54,408 nt of DNA from Candidatus Doudnabacteria bacterium (GTDB lineage Bacteria > Patescibacteriota > Doudnabacteria > UBA920 > O2-02-FULL-48-8), in contig JAHFJG010000008.1 of assembly GCA_023246005.1 (NCBI GenBank), forward strand, positions 1-54,408, given 5' to 3'. The first letter of the stretch is position 1, and each line of letters begins with the position of its first letter. This document shows, piece after piece, positions 26,531 through 33,550 of the stretch. Below the pieces are notes generated by a model. That model was given only the letters and a program-made list of their open reading frames with translations. It did no database searches and was not told where the DNA came from. A program made the translations under genes and the position numbers.

Positions 26531-27589
26531 TTACCTCGGAATTTGTTCAAACTCGGTTAGAACCAGGACATCTTTCAGCATTGGCAAATCCTCAAGCACA
26601 ATCCCAGTCCCCCGCACGACTGTGGTCAAAGGATCATCAGACACTGTCACTGGCATTTGGGTTTCTTCGGCAATTAGTTGATCCAAACCCCGAAGCAGCG
26701 CCCCGCCGCCAGCCAAAGTAATCCCTCGTTCCATGATGTCAGCCACCAGTTCAGGCGGAGTTTCTTCCACCACAGCTTTGATATTATTGACGATCAATTT
26801 AATCGAACGAGAAATGGCATGACGAATTTGATCATCTGTGACTTTGATTTCTTTTGGCAAGCCAGTAACCAGATCGCGCCCCCGGATCTCTGCCTTCAGC
26901 CGATCTTTCATTTGAATAGCCGAGCCAATTTTAATTTTGACTTCTTCGGCCGTCCTCTCTCCAACCAACAAATTAAATTCATCCCGCGCAAACTGAATAA
27001 TATTTTCATTCATCTCGTCTCCGGCCACGCGGATACTGCGCGAAGTCACAATCCCGCCAAGAGAAATCACGGCAATCTCTGCGGTCCCGCCGCCAATATC
27101 AACAATAAACGATCCTGCCGCGTCTTGTACAGGCAATCTTGCGCCTATGGCTGCGGCCATAGGTTCTTCGATCAAGAAAGCCATACGAGCTCCTGCATTG
27201 AGTGCCGCGTCCTGAACCGCTCGTTTTTCAACTTCGGTCACTCCTGAAGGAATACCAATCACTACTCGCGGTCGAGACAAAAAACCAAAGGTCGCTTGGC
27301 TAACCTTATCTATAAAATACCGGAGCATCTGTTCGGTAACTTCAAAGTCCGAAATCACGCCATCAACCAGGGGCCGGTGCGCGACGATGTGAGAAGGTGT
27401 GCGGCCGACCATGCGTTTGGCTTCATCGCCAATCGCCAAAATCTGCTTAGTCTTTTGGTTAATCGCCACCACAGATGGCTCATTAATAACAATACCCTTG
27501 CCTTTGACATAAACAAGAGTATTGGCTGTACCCAGATCAATTCCAATGTCTTTCGAAAATTTATCAAAAACGAAGTCTAATATCGCCAT
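26531..27589 (-). CDS. mreB: Rod shape-determining protein MreB
   Basis: Actin-fold protein with the motifs DLGTANTLVY and DIGGGTAEIAV. Confidence 0.95.
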   Translation of the reverse strand: MAILDFVFDKFSKDIGIDLGTANTLVYVKGKGIVINEPSVVAINQKTKQILAIGDEAKRMVGRTPSHIVAHRPLVDGVISDFEVTEQMLRYFIDKVSQATFGFLSRPRVVIGIPSGVTEVEKRAVQDAALNAGARMAFLIEEPMAAAIGARLPVQDAAGSFIVDIGGGTAEIAVISLGGIVTSRSIRVAGDEMNENIIQFARDEFNLLVGERTAEEVKIKIGSAIQMKDRLKAEIRGRDLVTGLPKEIKVTDDQIRHAISRSIKLIVNNIKAVVEETPPELVADIMERGITLAGGGALLRGLDQLIAEETQMPVTVSDDPLTTVVRGTGIVLEDLPMLKDVLVLTEFEQIPR

Positions 27590-27625
27590 CAGGAAGAAAT
27601 TAATGAGGGTTTTTTTATTTTTTTG

Positions 27626-28861
27626 TTATGCTCTAAGCGTTTTTGTTAAGTTTTTAATATTTACGATTTGAGATTCTTTGCTATCGCGAGCTTTAATTTC
27701 TACAGAGTCTTCTTTCAAGGTCTTGTCTGACATCAAAATTCTAATCGGAATCCCAATTAAGTCAGCATCAGCAAATTTTTCGCCGGCCGAGGCATCCCTT
27801 TGATCATATAATACTGAAAATTTTTGTTCCTGTAAAGTTGCATATAATTTATCCGAAGCCTCCCTATCAGACGCAATATTTATAAGATGCAAATCAACCG
27901 GAGAAACGGATTTGGGCCAGATAATTCCTTTATCATCATGGAATTTTTCTACAATCACGCCCATTAACCGTGAAATTCCCAAACCATAACACCCCATCAC
28001 TGGATATTGCTTCTTGTTATCCTTGTCTTTAAAACCCAAATCAAAGTCTTGGCCGTATTTTTGGCCTAAATCAAAGACATTGCCGACCTCTGACGCTTTG
28101 GCAAAATTTAGTTTTCCATTGCCACACTTTGGGCACTTGTCCCCGGTTTTTTGTTTAGCAATTTCCAGATTCACGCAAAACTCGCAAACATCGCAATACA
28201 AAATATTATCCTCGCCGGCATCAGTCAGCACCATGAACTCATAGGAAATTTTGTTGCTGAAAGCGCCTCCAGATGCTTCTGTGACTTTGGCTACTAAACC
28301 AATCCGCTCAAAAATTTTCAGATAAGCTTGTTTGACTATTTCGTAATACCTTTCAAAATCCTGTTGGTTCTCATGAAAGCTGTACATATCCTTCATGTAA
28401 AATTCCCGACCGCGAAGAAGGCCGGATTTGGATCGCAATTCATCACGATACTTCCAGCCGATTTGATATACGCTTTTTGGCAAATCTTTATAAGTATCCA
28501 CATACTTCATCACCAGCGGCATGACCACTTCTTCTTCACTTTGGCCCAAAGCGTAATCCTTTTCGGTTCGGCTTTTGATTTTAAATAGAACATCCACTTT
28601 GTCCCAAGCGCCGGTTTTTTTCCAAATTTCCGCCGGATGCAAAGCCGGCATCAAAATCTCTTGTCCGCCATTTGCATCCATTTCTTCCCGCACAATTTGG
28701 GCGATTTTTTTCAAAGTCAAAAAGCCCAGAGGCAAATATGAATATACGCCAGCCATAAGTTTATTGACAAAACCAGCCCGAACCAAAAGTTGGGCGTTCG
28801 TGGTTTCCTCGTCTTTCGGCGCTTGCCGCAAAGTTTTTGTGAATAATTCAGATTGCAACAT
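27626..28861 (-). CDS. proS: Prolyl-tRNA synthetase (short form without INS editing domain)
   Basis: The start was chosen at ATG 28861 (MLQSELF...). It has a class IIa core. A CxxC-N18-CxxC mini-insert sits where bacterial ProRS carries the INS domain. Confidence 0.9.
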   Translation of the reverse strand: MLQSELFTKTLRQAPKDEETTNAQLLVRAGFVNKLMAGVYSYLPLGFLTLKKIAQIVREEMDANGGQEILMPALHPAEIWKKTGAWDKVDVLFKIKSRTEKDYALGQSEEEVVMPLVMKYVDTYKDLPKSVYQIGWKYRDELRSKSGLLRGREFYMKDMYSFHENQQDFERYYEIVKQAYLKIFERIGLVAKVTEASGGAFSNKISYEFMVLTDAGEDNILYCDVCEFCVNLEIAKQKTGDKCPKCGNGKLNFAKASEVGNVFDLGQKYGQDFDLGFKDKDNKKQYPVMGCYGLGISRLMGVIVEKFHDDKGIIWPKSVSPVDLHLINIASDREASDKLYATLQEQKFSVLYDQRDASAGEKFADADLIGIPIRILMSDKTLKEDSVEIKARDSKESQIVNIKNLTKTLRA

Positions 28862-28867
28862 AAAGTA

Positions 28868-28896
28868 ATTATAGCAAGCCGCAAAAACCTTGACAA
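28868..28896 (-). promoter_or_regulatory. proS promoter (predicts a leaderless mRNA)
   Basis: TTGTCA (28896-28891) is followed by a 17-nt spacer and TATAAT (28873-28868). The ATG lies 6 nt downstream. Confidence 0.55.
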
Positions 28897-28918
28897 AAGG
28901 GCGCAAAATACTTTAATG
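28890..28918 (+). promoter_or_regulatory. Promoter of cassette C
   Basis: TTGACA (28890-28895) is followed by 16-17 nt and TTTAAT/TTAATG (28912-28918). Its -35 overlaps the proS -35 by 5 bp. Confidence 0.5.
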
Positions 28919-29148
28919 TGCAGTGTTCATCAAAGGATTACGAAGTAATTGAAGCTTGCGTCCTTGGCTATATTGCCAGACATGAAGAGCAGCGTATTTT
29001 TCAGGTTCCCGAACGCCGAGAATTAGTTCTGAACATGAGCAAAGGGATCGGTCAATTGCTACATGTGCTCATCATGAAGGCCTTGCAAAAGCGCCTCAGC
29101 AACGCGCACGAACGTGAAGTGTTTCATTGGGCTCAAACGACCGATTAA
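28918..29148 (+). other. Cassette C transcription unit; coding status unresolved (76-codon GTG ORF or ~300-nt RNA)
   Basis: The GTG start coincides with the predicted -10, so it may not be transcribed. There is no SD. G/C-ending codons occur only in the second half. The unit ends at a strong terminator. Confidence 0.3.
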
Positions 29149-29171
29149 ATCCTTCTCACTCTCATCGCTCA

Positions 29172-29222
29172 CCCCATGCCATACCAGACGCAAAAACGTC
29201 TAGGTACAGGGGTTTTCTTTTT
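29172..29222 (+). terminator. Intrinsic terminator of cassette C
   Basis: The structure is CCCC..TACC-[AGACG/CGTCT]-GGTA..GGGG followed by TTTTCTTTTT. The tail GGGGTTTTCTTTTTGCC is identical to that at 34659-34675. Confidence 0.65.
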
Positions 29223-29268
29223 GCCAAAAAGCGAGAAACAAAAATTGACATCACATCAATCTTACTTA

Positions 29269-29308
29269 ATTCTACGCATTTTGACCGATCGGTCAATTTA
29301 CGTATAAT
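29269..29308. promoter_or_regulatory. Palindromic operator TTGACCGATCGGTCAA with -10-like hexamers on both sides (3' of the regulator gene)
   Basis: A perfect 16-bp palindrome lies at 29281-29296. On the + strand TTGACC-16-TATAAT ends at 29303-29308. On the - strand TTGACC-16-TAGAAT ends at 29274-29269. Confidence 0.55.
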
Positions 29309-29319
29309 TCTATTTATCA

Positions 29320-29841
29320 CTATTTGTACATTACTCTACCTTCAATAATACTGACATTAAGCTCAATCTTTAACTCTTTCAACAACTCTTTAAATTCAGG
29401 ATGTAATTCCCAAGGTCCGATCATTACGCTTTTTTGTAAATTAATAAATCCATTATCTTTTAGAAACCTTCTCAAGAACCTTCTTGCTTTGCGCTTGGCT
29501 TCAGGAATATCAAATATAACGATTGTTGCGAAACCGTTGACTTTAGTAATTTTCGGCTTCTTCGAATATGAATATTTCAAACTTTTGGCTCTGCCTAAAT
29601 CAGTGATAGTATAATAAAATTTCTTGTCCTTTTTGACTTTCTTGATTAAACCTTTTCTATTCAATTCCCAAAATGCCCGGGAAACCTTATATCGATCGTA
29701 ATAACGTAGTCTTTGAATGTGATGATTCTTGCCTTCGAATGGATAAGGAATCGCTTCCCCAATATCTCTCAAAAACCACAAAATCTCGTTTGTGACCGAC
29801 TCAACCCTATTTCTTATTTTCCTTTTAGTTGATCTGTTCAT
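29320..29841 (-). CDS. wHTH + Cas2/VapD-like-fold regulator (PaaX-like), paralog 1
   Basis: It has a winged-helix segment (YKVSRAFWELNRKGLIKK...YYTITDLGRAK) and a ferredoxin-like module (TIVIFDIPE..RRFLRRFLKDNGFINLQKSVMIG..VSIIEG). It is a paralog of 34756-35229. Confidence 0.7.
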   Translation of the reverse strand: MNRSTKRKIRNRVESVTNEILWFLRDIGEAIPYPFEGKNHHIQRLRYYDRYKVSRAFWELNRKGLIKKVKKDKKFYYTITDLGRAKSLKYSYSKKPKITKVNGFATIVIFDIPEAKRKARRFLRRFLKDNGFINLQKSVMIGPWELHPEFKELLKELKIELNVSIIEGRVMYK

Positions 29842-29845
29842 ATCA

Positions 29846-29885
29846 AGTATACGTGTTTTGACCGATCGGATATTTTACGTATAAA
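29846..29885. promoter_or_regulatory. Operator/promoter region upstream of paralog 1
   Basis: The 27-nt core at 29858-29884 matches 29281-29307 at 24/27 positions, in direct orientation. On the - strand a TATACT -10 lies 4 nt before the ATG. On the + strand there is TTGACC-16-TATAAA. Confidence 0.5.
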
Positions 29886-29912
29886 CACAAAATTTTCTTC
29901 TATCAAAAATGT

Positions 29913-31034
29913 TTAACTAAATATCCTTTGGAACAAATGCTTGAATTGCGTGCCATAATGATTTACGTCCTTGAACGTGACAACGATCATAAGCAAAATC
30001 AATAACGCAAAGCCGATTGTGTTGGCGATTTGTTCAACCTTTATATCTAGTTTCCGGCCGCGGATTTTTTCAATTATCAGAAACAAGACTCGCCCGCCGT
30101 CCAAGGCTGGAAACGGTATGGCGTTGATAATTGCCAAATTCACTGACAAGACAGCTATAAATTGCAAAAGATAAATAAACCCAAGCGCCGTGACATCGCG
30201 GGTCAAAACCGCAATGCCCACCGGGCCGGAAAGCGCGGCCGCCACCTGCTGGCCTTGCAAAAACTGTACGATTAAAGACATGAAGGTTGTCAAAGTTAGA
30301 GCAATCAAACCAAAAACTGCTATGGCTCCCCTGAATGGGGCTTCATACCAAGGATATGAAACAAACGCCACGCTTGCCAATGCCACTCCCAGCGGTCCTT
30401 GGCCTTGTGGCGGATTAAGACGCGGGGTAATTGACCGGTCAAACACATCAGACCCGCGTTTAATCGTATACGTCGTTGCTTGACCAGCGTCTTTCTCTGT
30501 GGCGGTCTGCGCATCTTGAATGGAATTAATCGGCTGATTATTGATTTTTAAAATTGAATCGCCAACTTTCAGTCCAGCCACAGCAGCAGGAGTGTTGTCG
30601 CCGACCTCAACCACTCCAACACTGACTGTACTAATGCGCGCTGATTGCGGAAGCTGGTCACCCTCGCCAATTATAGTCGGTAACCCCAGTCCCATGCCAA
30701 TTGAAATCAAAACCCAGGCCAAAACAACGTTCATGGACACGCCGGCAATCAAAACCGTGAATCTCTGCCATGCTGATTTGTTGCCAAAACTTTCTGGATC
30801 TGATAAATCAGAACCATCTTCACCGACAATTTTTACAAATCCGCCAAGTGGAATTAGATTAATCGAATAAAGAGTTTGGCCGCGCCTGATGCCAAACAAT
30901 CTTGGCGGAAAACCAAATCCAAATTCATCCACCCGCATACCAGCTCGTTTGGCCATGACAAAGTGCCCGAGTTCATGCACAAACACGAGAATGCCGAGAA
31001 TGATTATAAAGACGATTATGGTAAGTAGGATCAT
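29913..31034 (-). CDS. rseP: Site-2 protease RseP/M50 family
   Basis: It has HELGHF, a PDZ domain and a C-terminal NxxPxxxLDGG motif (NAIPFPALDGG). Confidence 0.9.
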   Translation of the reverse strand: MILLTIIVFIIILGILVFVHELGHFVMAKRAGMRVDEFGFGFPPRLFGIRRGQTLYSINLIPLGGFVKIVGEDGSDLSDPESFGNKSAWQRFTVLIAGVSMNVVLAWVLISIGMGLGLPTIIGEGDQLPQSARISTVSVGVVEVGDNTPAAVAGLKVGDSILKINNQPINSIQDAQTATEKDAGQATTYTIKRGSDVFDRSITPRLNPPQGQGPLGVALASVAFVSYPWYEAPFRGAIAVFGLIALTLTTFMSLIVQFLQGQQVAAALSGPVGIAVLTRDVTALGFIYLLQFIAVLSVNLAIINAIPFPALDGGRVLFLIIEKIRGRKLDIKVEQIANTIGFALLILLMIVVTFKDVNHYGTQFKHLFQRIFS

Positions 31035-31054
31035 TAAATTGAATTATGAATATC

Positions 31055-31087
31055 GAATTAGGAATTAGTGCCCGGGATTCCTGATTC
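31055..31087. repeat. 11-bp hairpin built from GGAAT repeats in the frr-rseP spacer
   Basis: GAATTAGGAAT (31055-65) pairs with ATTCCTGATTC (31077-87) around a CCCGGG-containing loop. The 3' arm lies in three tandem (AT)TCCTG/GATTCCT units (31077-31096). It is related to 3737-3791. Confidence 0.45.
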
Positions 31088-31094
31088 CTGATTC

Positions 31095-31655
31095 CTAAAT
31101 TGTCATTACTTCTTTTTCTTTGGCCTCTGAAACTTTCTTGATTTCGTCATTGTATTTATCCACGATTTTTTGCAATTCTTCACGCCCGGAAATTTTGTCA
31201 TCTTCGCTAATATGTCCATCTTTTTCCATTTTTTGGATTTCTTTCCAAATATCTTCTCTGGCATTACGAATTGAGACTCGCGCCTTCTCACCCATCTGGC
31301 TGACAATCTTGACTAATTCTTTTCTTCGCTCTTCTGTCATCTGCGGGATCGTGAGGCGAATATACGTGCCGTCATTCACAGGATTAATTCCCAGATTTGA
31401 AGTTTGCACCGCTTTCTCAATATCCTTTAAGGCGTTTTTGTCATAGGGCTGAATCGCGATTGAACGCGGCTCCGGTACTGTAATCTGGGCAATCGCAATC
31501 AGTTCGGCAATGGAACCATAATATTCTACTTGCAAATGCTCGACTAATCCGGCTGACGCGCGCCCGGTTCGCAAAGTTGCTAATTCAGATCTTAAATGCT
31601 CCAAGGTTTTCTGAAACTCTGATTCTTTTTTGGAAATTATATCGTGATTGAACAT
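31095..31655 (-). CDS. frr: Ribosome recycling factor
   Basis: The 186-aa product has the canonical RRF sequence (LRTGRAS..LV..V.VEYYG). Confidence 0.95.
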   Translation of the reverse strand: MFNHDIISKKESEFQKTLEHLRSELATLRTGRASAGLVEHLQVEYYGSIAELIAIAQITVPEPRSIAIQPYDKNALKDIEKAVQTSNLGINPVNDGTYIRLTIPQMTEERRKELVKIVSQMGEKARVSIRNAREDIWKEIQKMEKDGHISEDDKISGREELQKIVDKYNDEIKKVSEAKEKEVMTI

Positions 31656-31656
31656 A

Positions 31657-32721
31657 TTATTGTCTTGGGGCGGCTAATCCCAAATAAATTAAATTATTGG
31701 CTTGGGGATTGATTAATATCCTACGCACTTCTGATTGAGTGGGCAAAATTTTCGTTTCCCAAGTCAAGCCGCCGTTCGCACTCTTAAATATGGTTGAGCT
31801 AACAGCTACAAACAAATTATTCGAATTGTTAGGATTAACTGACAAGGCAGACACACGAAGCGAGGTGTTCTTCTCGGGTAATCCCAAGAAAGACCAATTT
31901 ACGCCGTCATTAGTTGAACGATACAAACCTTCTTGCGTTCCTAAATATAACACTCCCGGCTGTCGCTGGTCTAATGCCATATCATAAAACGCGCTGACCG
32001 AAGACGGGGCTTGATCAAAGCTGCTTACCGAAGATTTAGTCAAAAGATCAGAAATCATGGTCCAGCTAATACCTTGATCCGTACTCTTAATTAATCCTTT
32101 ATGAAAAGTTAAGGCATAAGCCGTGCCAGAAGTATTAAACAGAATTTTCGTTATGCGATCAGCAAAATCTTTCGAAGCCTGCCACGTATGCCCTTTATCA
32201 ACTGAACGGAGAATTTCACCTGTTGTTAATCCTGCTAATACCAAAGAGTTGCTGCGCCCAACTGCTATGGACAAGACCGTATTATTTTTTGAAGGTTCGG
32301 TATAGATGTCGACCCAAGACACGCCGCCATCCAAACTTTTAATTATCTTGCCATTGGCGCCGACAATGCCAGCCGCATAAATTACATTTGATTGTAATGG
32401 ATCAAGCGCTATATCCGCAATTGTGATGCCAGATAATATATATCGCCAGGATTTGGCCGCATCTTCGGATTTATATATCCCGTTTGATGAACCCAGATAA
32501 AGCGTGTCTGGTCTGCTGGGATCAAATACCAGAGAGTTGACGCCGATGCCGCTGATGTCGCCTTTTTTTTGCAAAATATTGGCCGCGGAGTAAGTCTCGC
32601 CGCTGTCTTCTGACTTCACCACACCTCGTGTCCCAGTGCCCAAATCAAACAACCCGCCAGTCAAATCGCAGCTAGCCGCCATAAATGTTAAGCCTAAAAG
32701 CAGAATGAAAAATTTCTTCAT
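31657..32721 (-). CDS. BNR/Asp-box repeat beta-propeller lipoprotein (Ycf48-like)
   Basis: It has a lipobox (LTFMAASC) and repeated SxDxGxTW-type motifs (SLDGGVSW, SVDKGHTW, STDQGISW, STNDGVNW, SANGGLTW). Confidence 0.7.
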   Translation of the reverse strand: MKKFFILLLGLTFMAASCDLTGGLFDLGTGTRGVVKSEDSGETYSAANILQKKGDISGIGVNSLVFDPSRPDTLYLGSSNGIYKSEDAAKSWRYILSGITIADIALDPLQSNVIYAAGIVGANGKIIKSLDGGVSWVDIYTEPSKNNTVLSIAVGRSNSLVLAGLTTGEILRSVDKGHTWQASKDFADRITKILFNTSGTAYALTFHKGLIKSTDQGISWTMISDLLTKSSVSSFDQAPSSVSAFYDMALDQRQPGVLYLGTQEGLYRSTNDGVNWSFLGLPEKNTSLRVSALSVNPNNSNNLFVAVSSTIFKSANGGLTWETKILPTQSEVRRILINPQANNLIYLGLAAPRQ

Positions 32722-33455
32722 GTGTTTATCATCAAATTAGTTAGCAATAATTTTGAATTCACATTCTGATCCAGATATCGTCGGGACAAAGCGACTTGGC
32801 TGATTTTTTGAGCCAAATTTTTCGAAGCGCTGATATGCAGTTCAGTTTGCAGAATTTTGAGCCAAAGATCTAAAATATTTTTTATTTCTGAAGTTTCCAA
32901 ATCGGCAATATCATAAGCGGCAATTAATTTATCAGCCAGTTGTGCTTGAGTAAAAATTTTATAAAACTCCGCCGCTCTGCTAGATTCTTCAGTGACTTCT
33001 TCCGGCCTTTCCAAAACACCAAAAGTTATTTTTTGCGCACGAGACAAAATTGTTTTTGGCAGACGCTGAGCATTGCTTGTAATCAAAATAATATATGTGT
33101 AGTTCTTTGGCTCTTCCAGCGATTTGAGCAAAGCATTGGCTGCTTCGGTAGTCATCTCATCAGCGTGATTAATCACCGCGACTTTATATTTGGCTGAATA
33201 AGGCTTAAGAGCAAGTTTATAGATCAAATCGCGAATCTGCTCAATCTTAATGCCCTCGTTGCTATTGATTTCCAAAAGATCAGGATGGAAATCCTTGTCT
33301 GACCCAATTAACTCATGCGCCAATTTCATGGCAATGGTTTTCTTGCCAATACCTTCAGGCCCGGCAAAAATAAAAGCATGCGCCAGCTTGCCACGCTCAA
33401 GGCCGTTTTCCAAAAATTCTAATTGTTTCTTATGCCCCAAAATACCTTCAAACAT
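32718..33455 (-). CDS. holB: DNA polymerase III delta' subunit
   Basis: It has an AAA+ clamp-loader fold with the motifs HAFIFAGPEGIGKKT and SRAQ. Confidence 0.85.
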   Translation of the reverse strand: MFEGILGHKKQLEFLENGLERGKLAHAFIFAGPEGIGKKTIAMKLAHELIGSDKDFHPDLLEINSNEGIKIEQIRDLIYKLALKPYSAKYKVAVINHADEMTTEAANALLKSLEEPKNYTYIILITSNAQRLPKTILSRAQKITFGVLERPEEVTEESSRAAEFYKIFTQAQLADKLIAAYDIADLETSEIKNILDLWLKILQTELHISASKNLAQKISQVALSRRYLDQNVNSKLLLTNLMINT

Positions 33456-33461
33456 GGCTGA

Positions 33462-33490
33462 ATTATAACAGTTTGGCCTAGTATTGACAA
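33462..33490 (-). promoter_or_regulatory. holB promoter (predicts a leaderless mRNA)
   Basis: TTGTCA (33490-33485) is followed by a 17-nt spacer and TATAAT (33467-33462). The ATG lies 6 nt downstream. Confidence 0.55.
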
Positions 33491-33512
33491 AAGCCTACAA
33501 ATTATGTATATT
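33484..33512 (+). promoter_or_regulatory. Promoter of the D-E orphan operon
   Basis: TTGACA (33484-33489) is followed by a 17-nt spacer and TATATT (33507-33512). Its -35 overlaps the holB -35 by 5 bp. Confidence 0.6.
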
Positions 33513-33550
33513 TTTATGTTGCACATTCCGTGCATGAAGGAGGAATATGC

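Noticed and set aside
28862-29280. The G+C-rich islands could be long structured 5' leaders (T-box or riboswitch) of proS, lysS, holB or mntH, read on the minus strand.
   Set aside because: Each core gene has its own TATAAT 6-23 nt from its ATG. No T-box or other leader motif was seen. At least gene E shows clear + strand codon periodicity. A distal minus-strand promoter at 29296-29269 remains possible and is noted in the findings.
29324-29614. A 96-aa + strand ORF lies antisense inside regulator paralog 1, just downstream of the + strand TTGACC-16-TATAAT.
   Set aside because: It has a TTG start and no SD. Its sequence is low-complexity, hydrophobic and S/L/I-rich, as is typical of the antisense frame of an AT-rich gene. 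An antisense RNA is possible, but a protein is unlikely.
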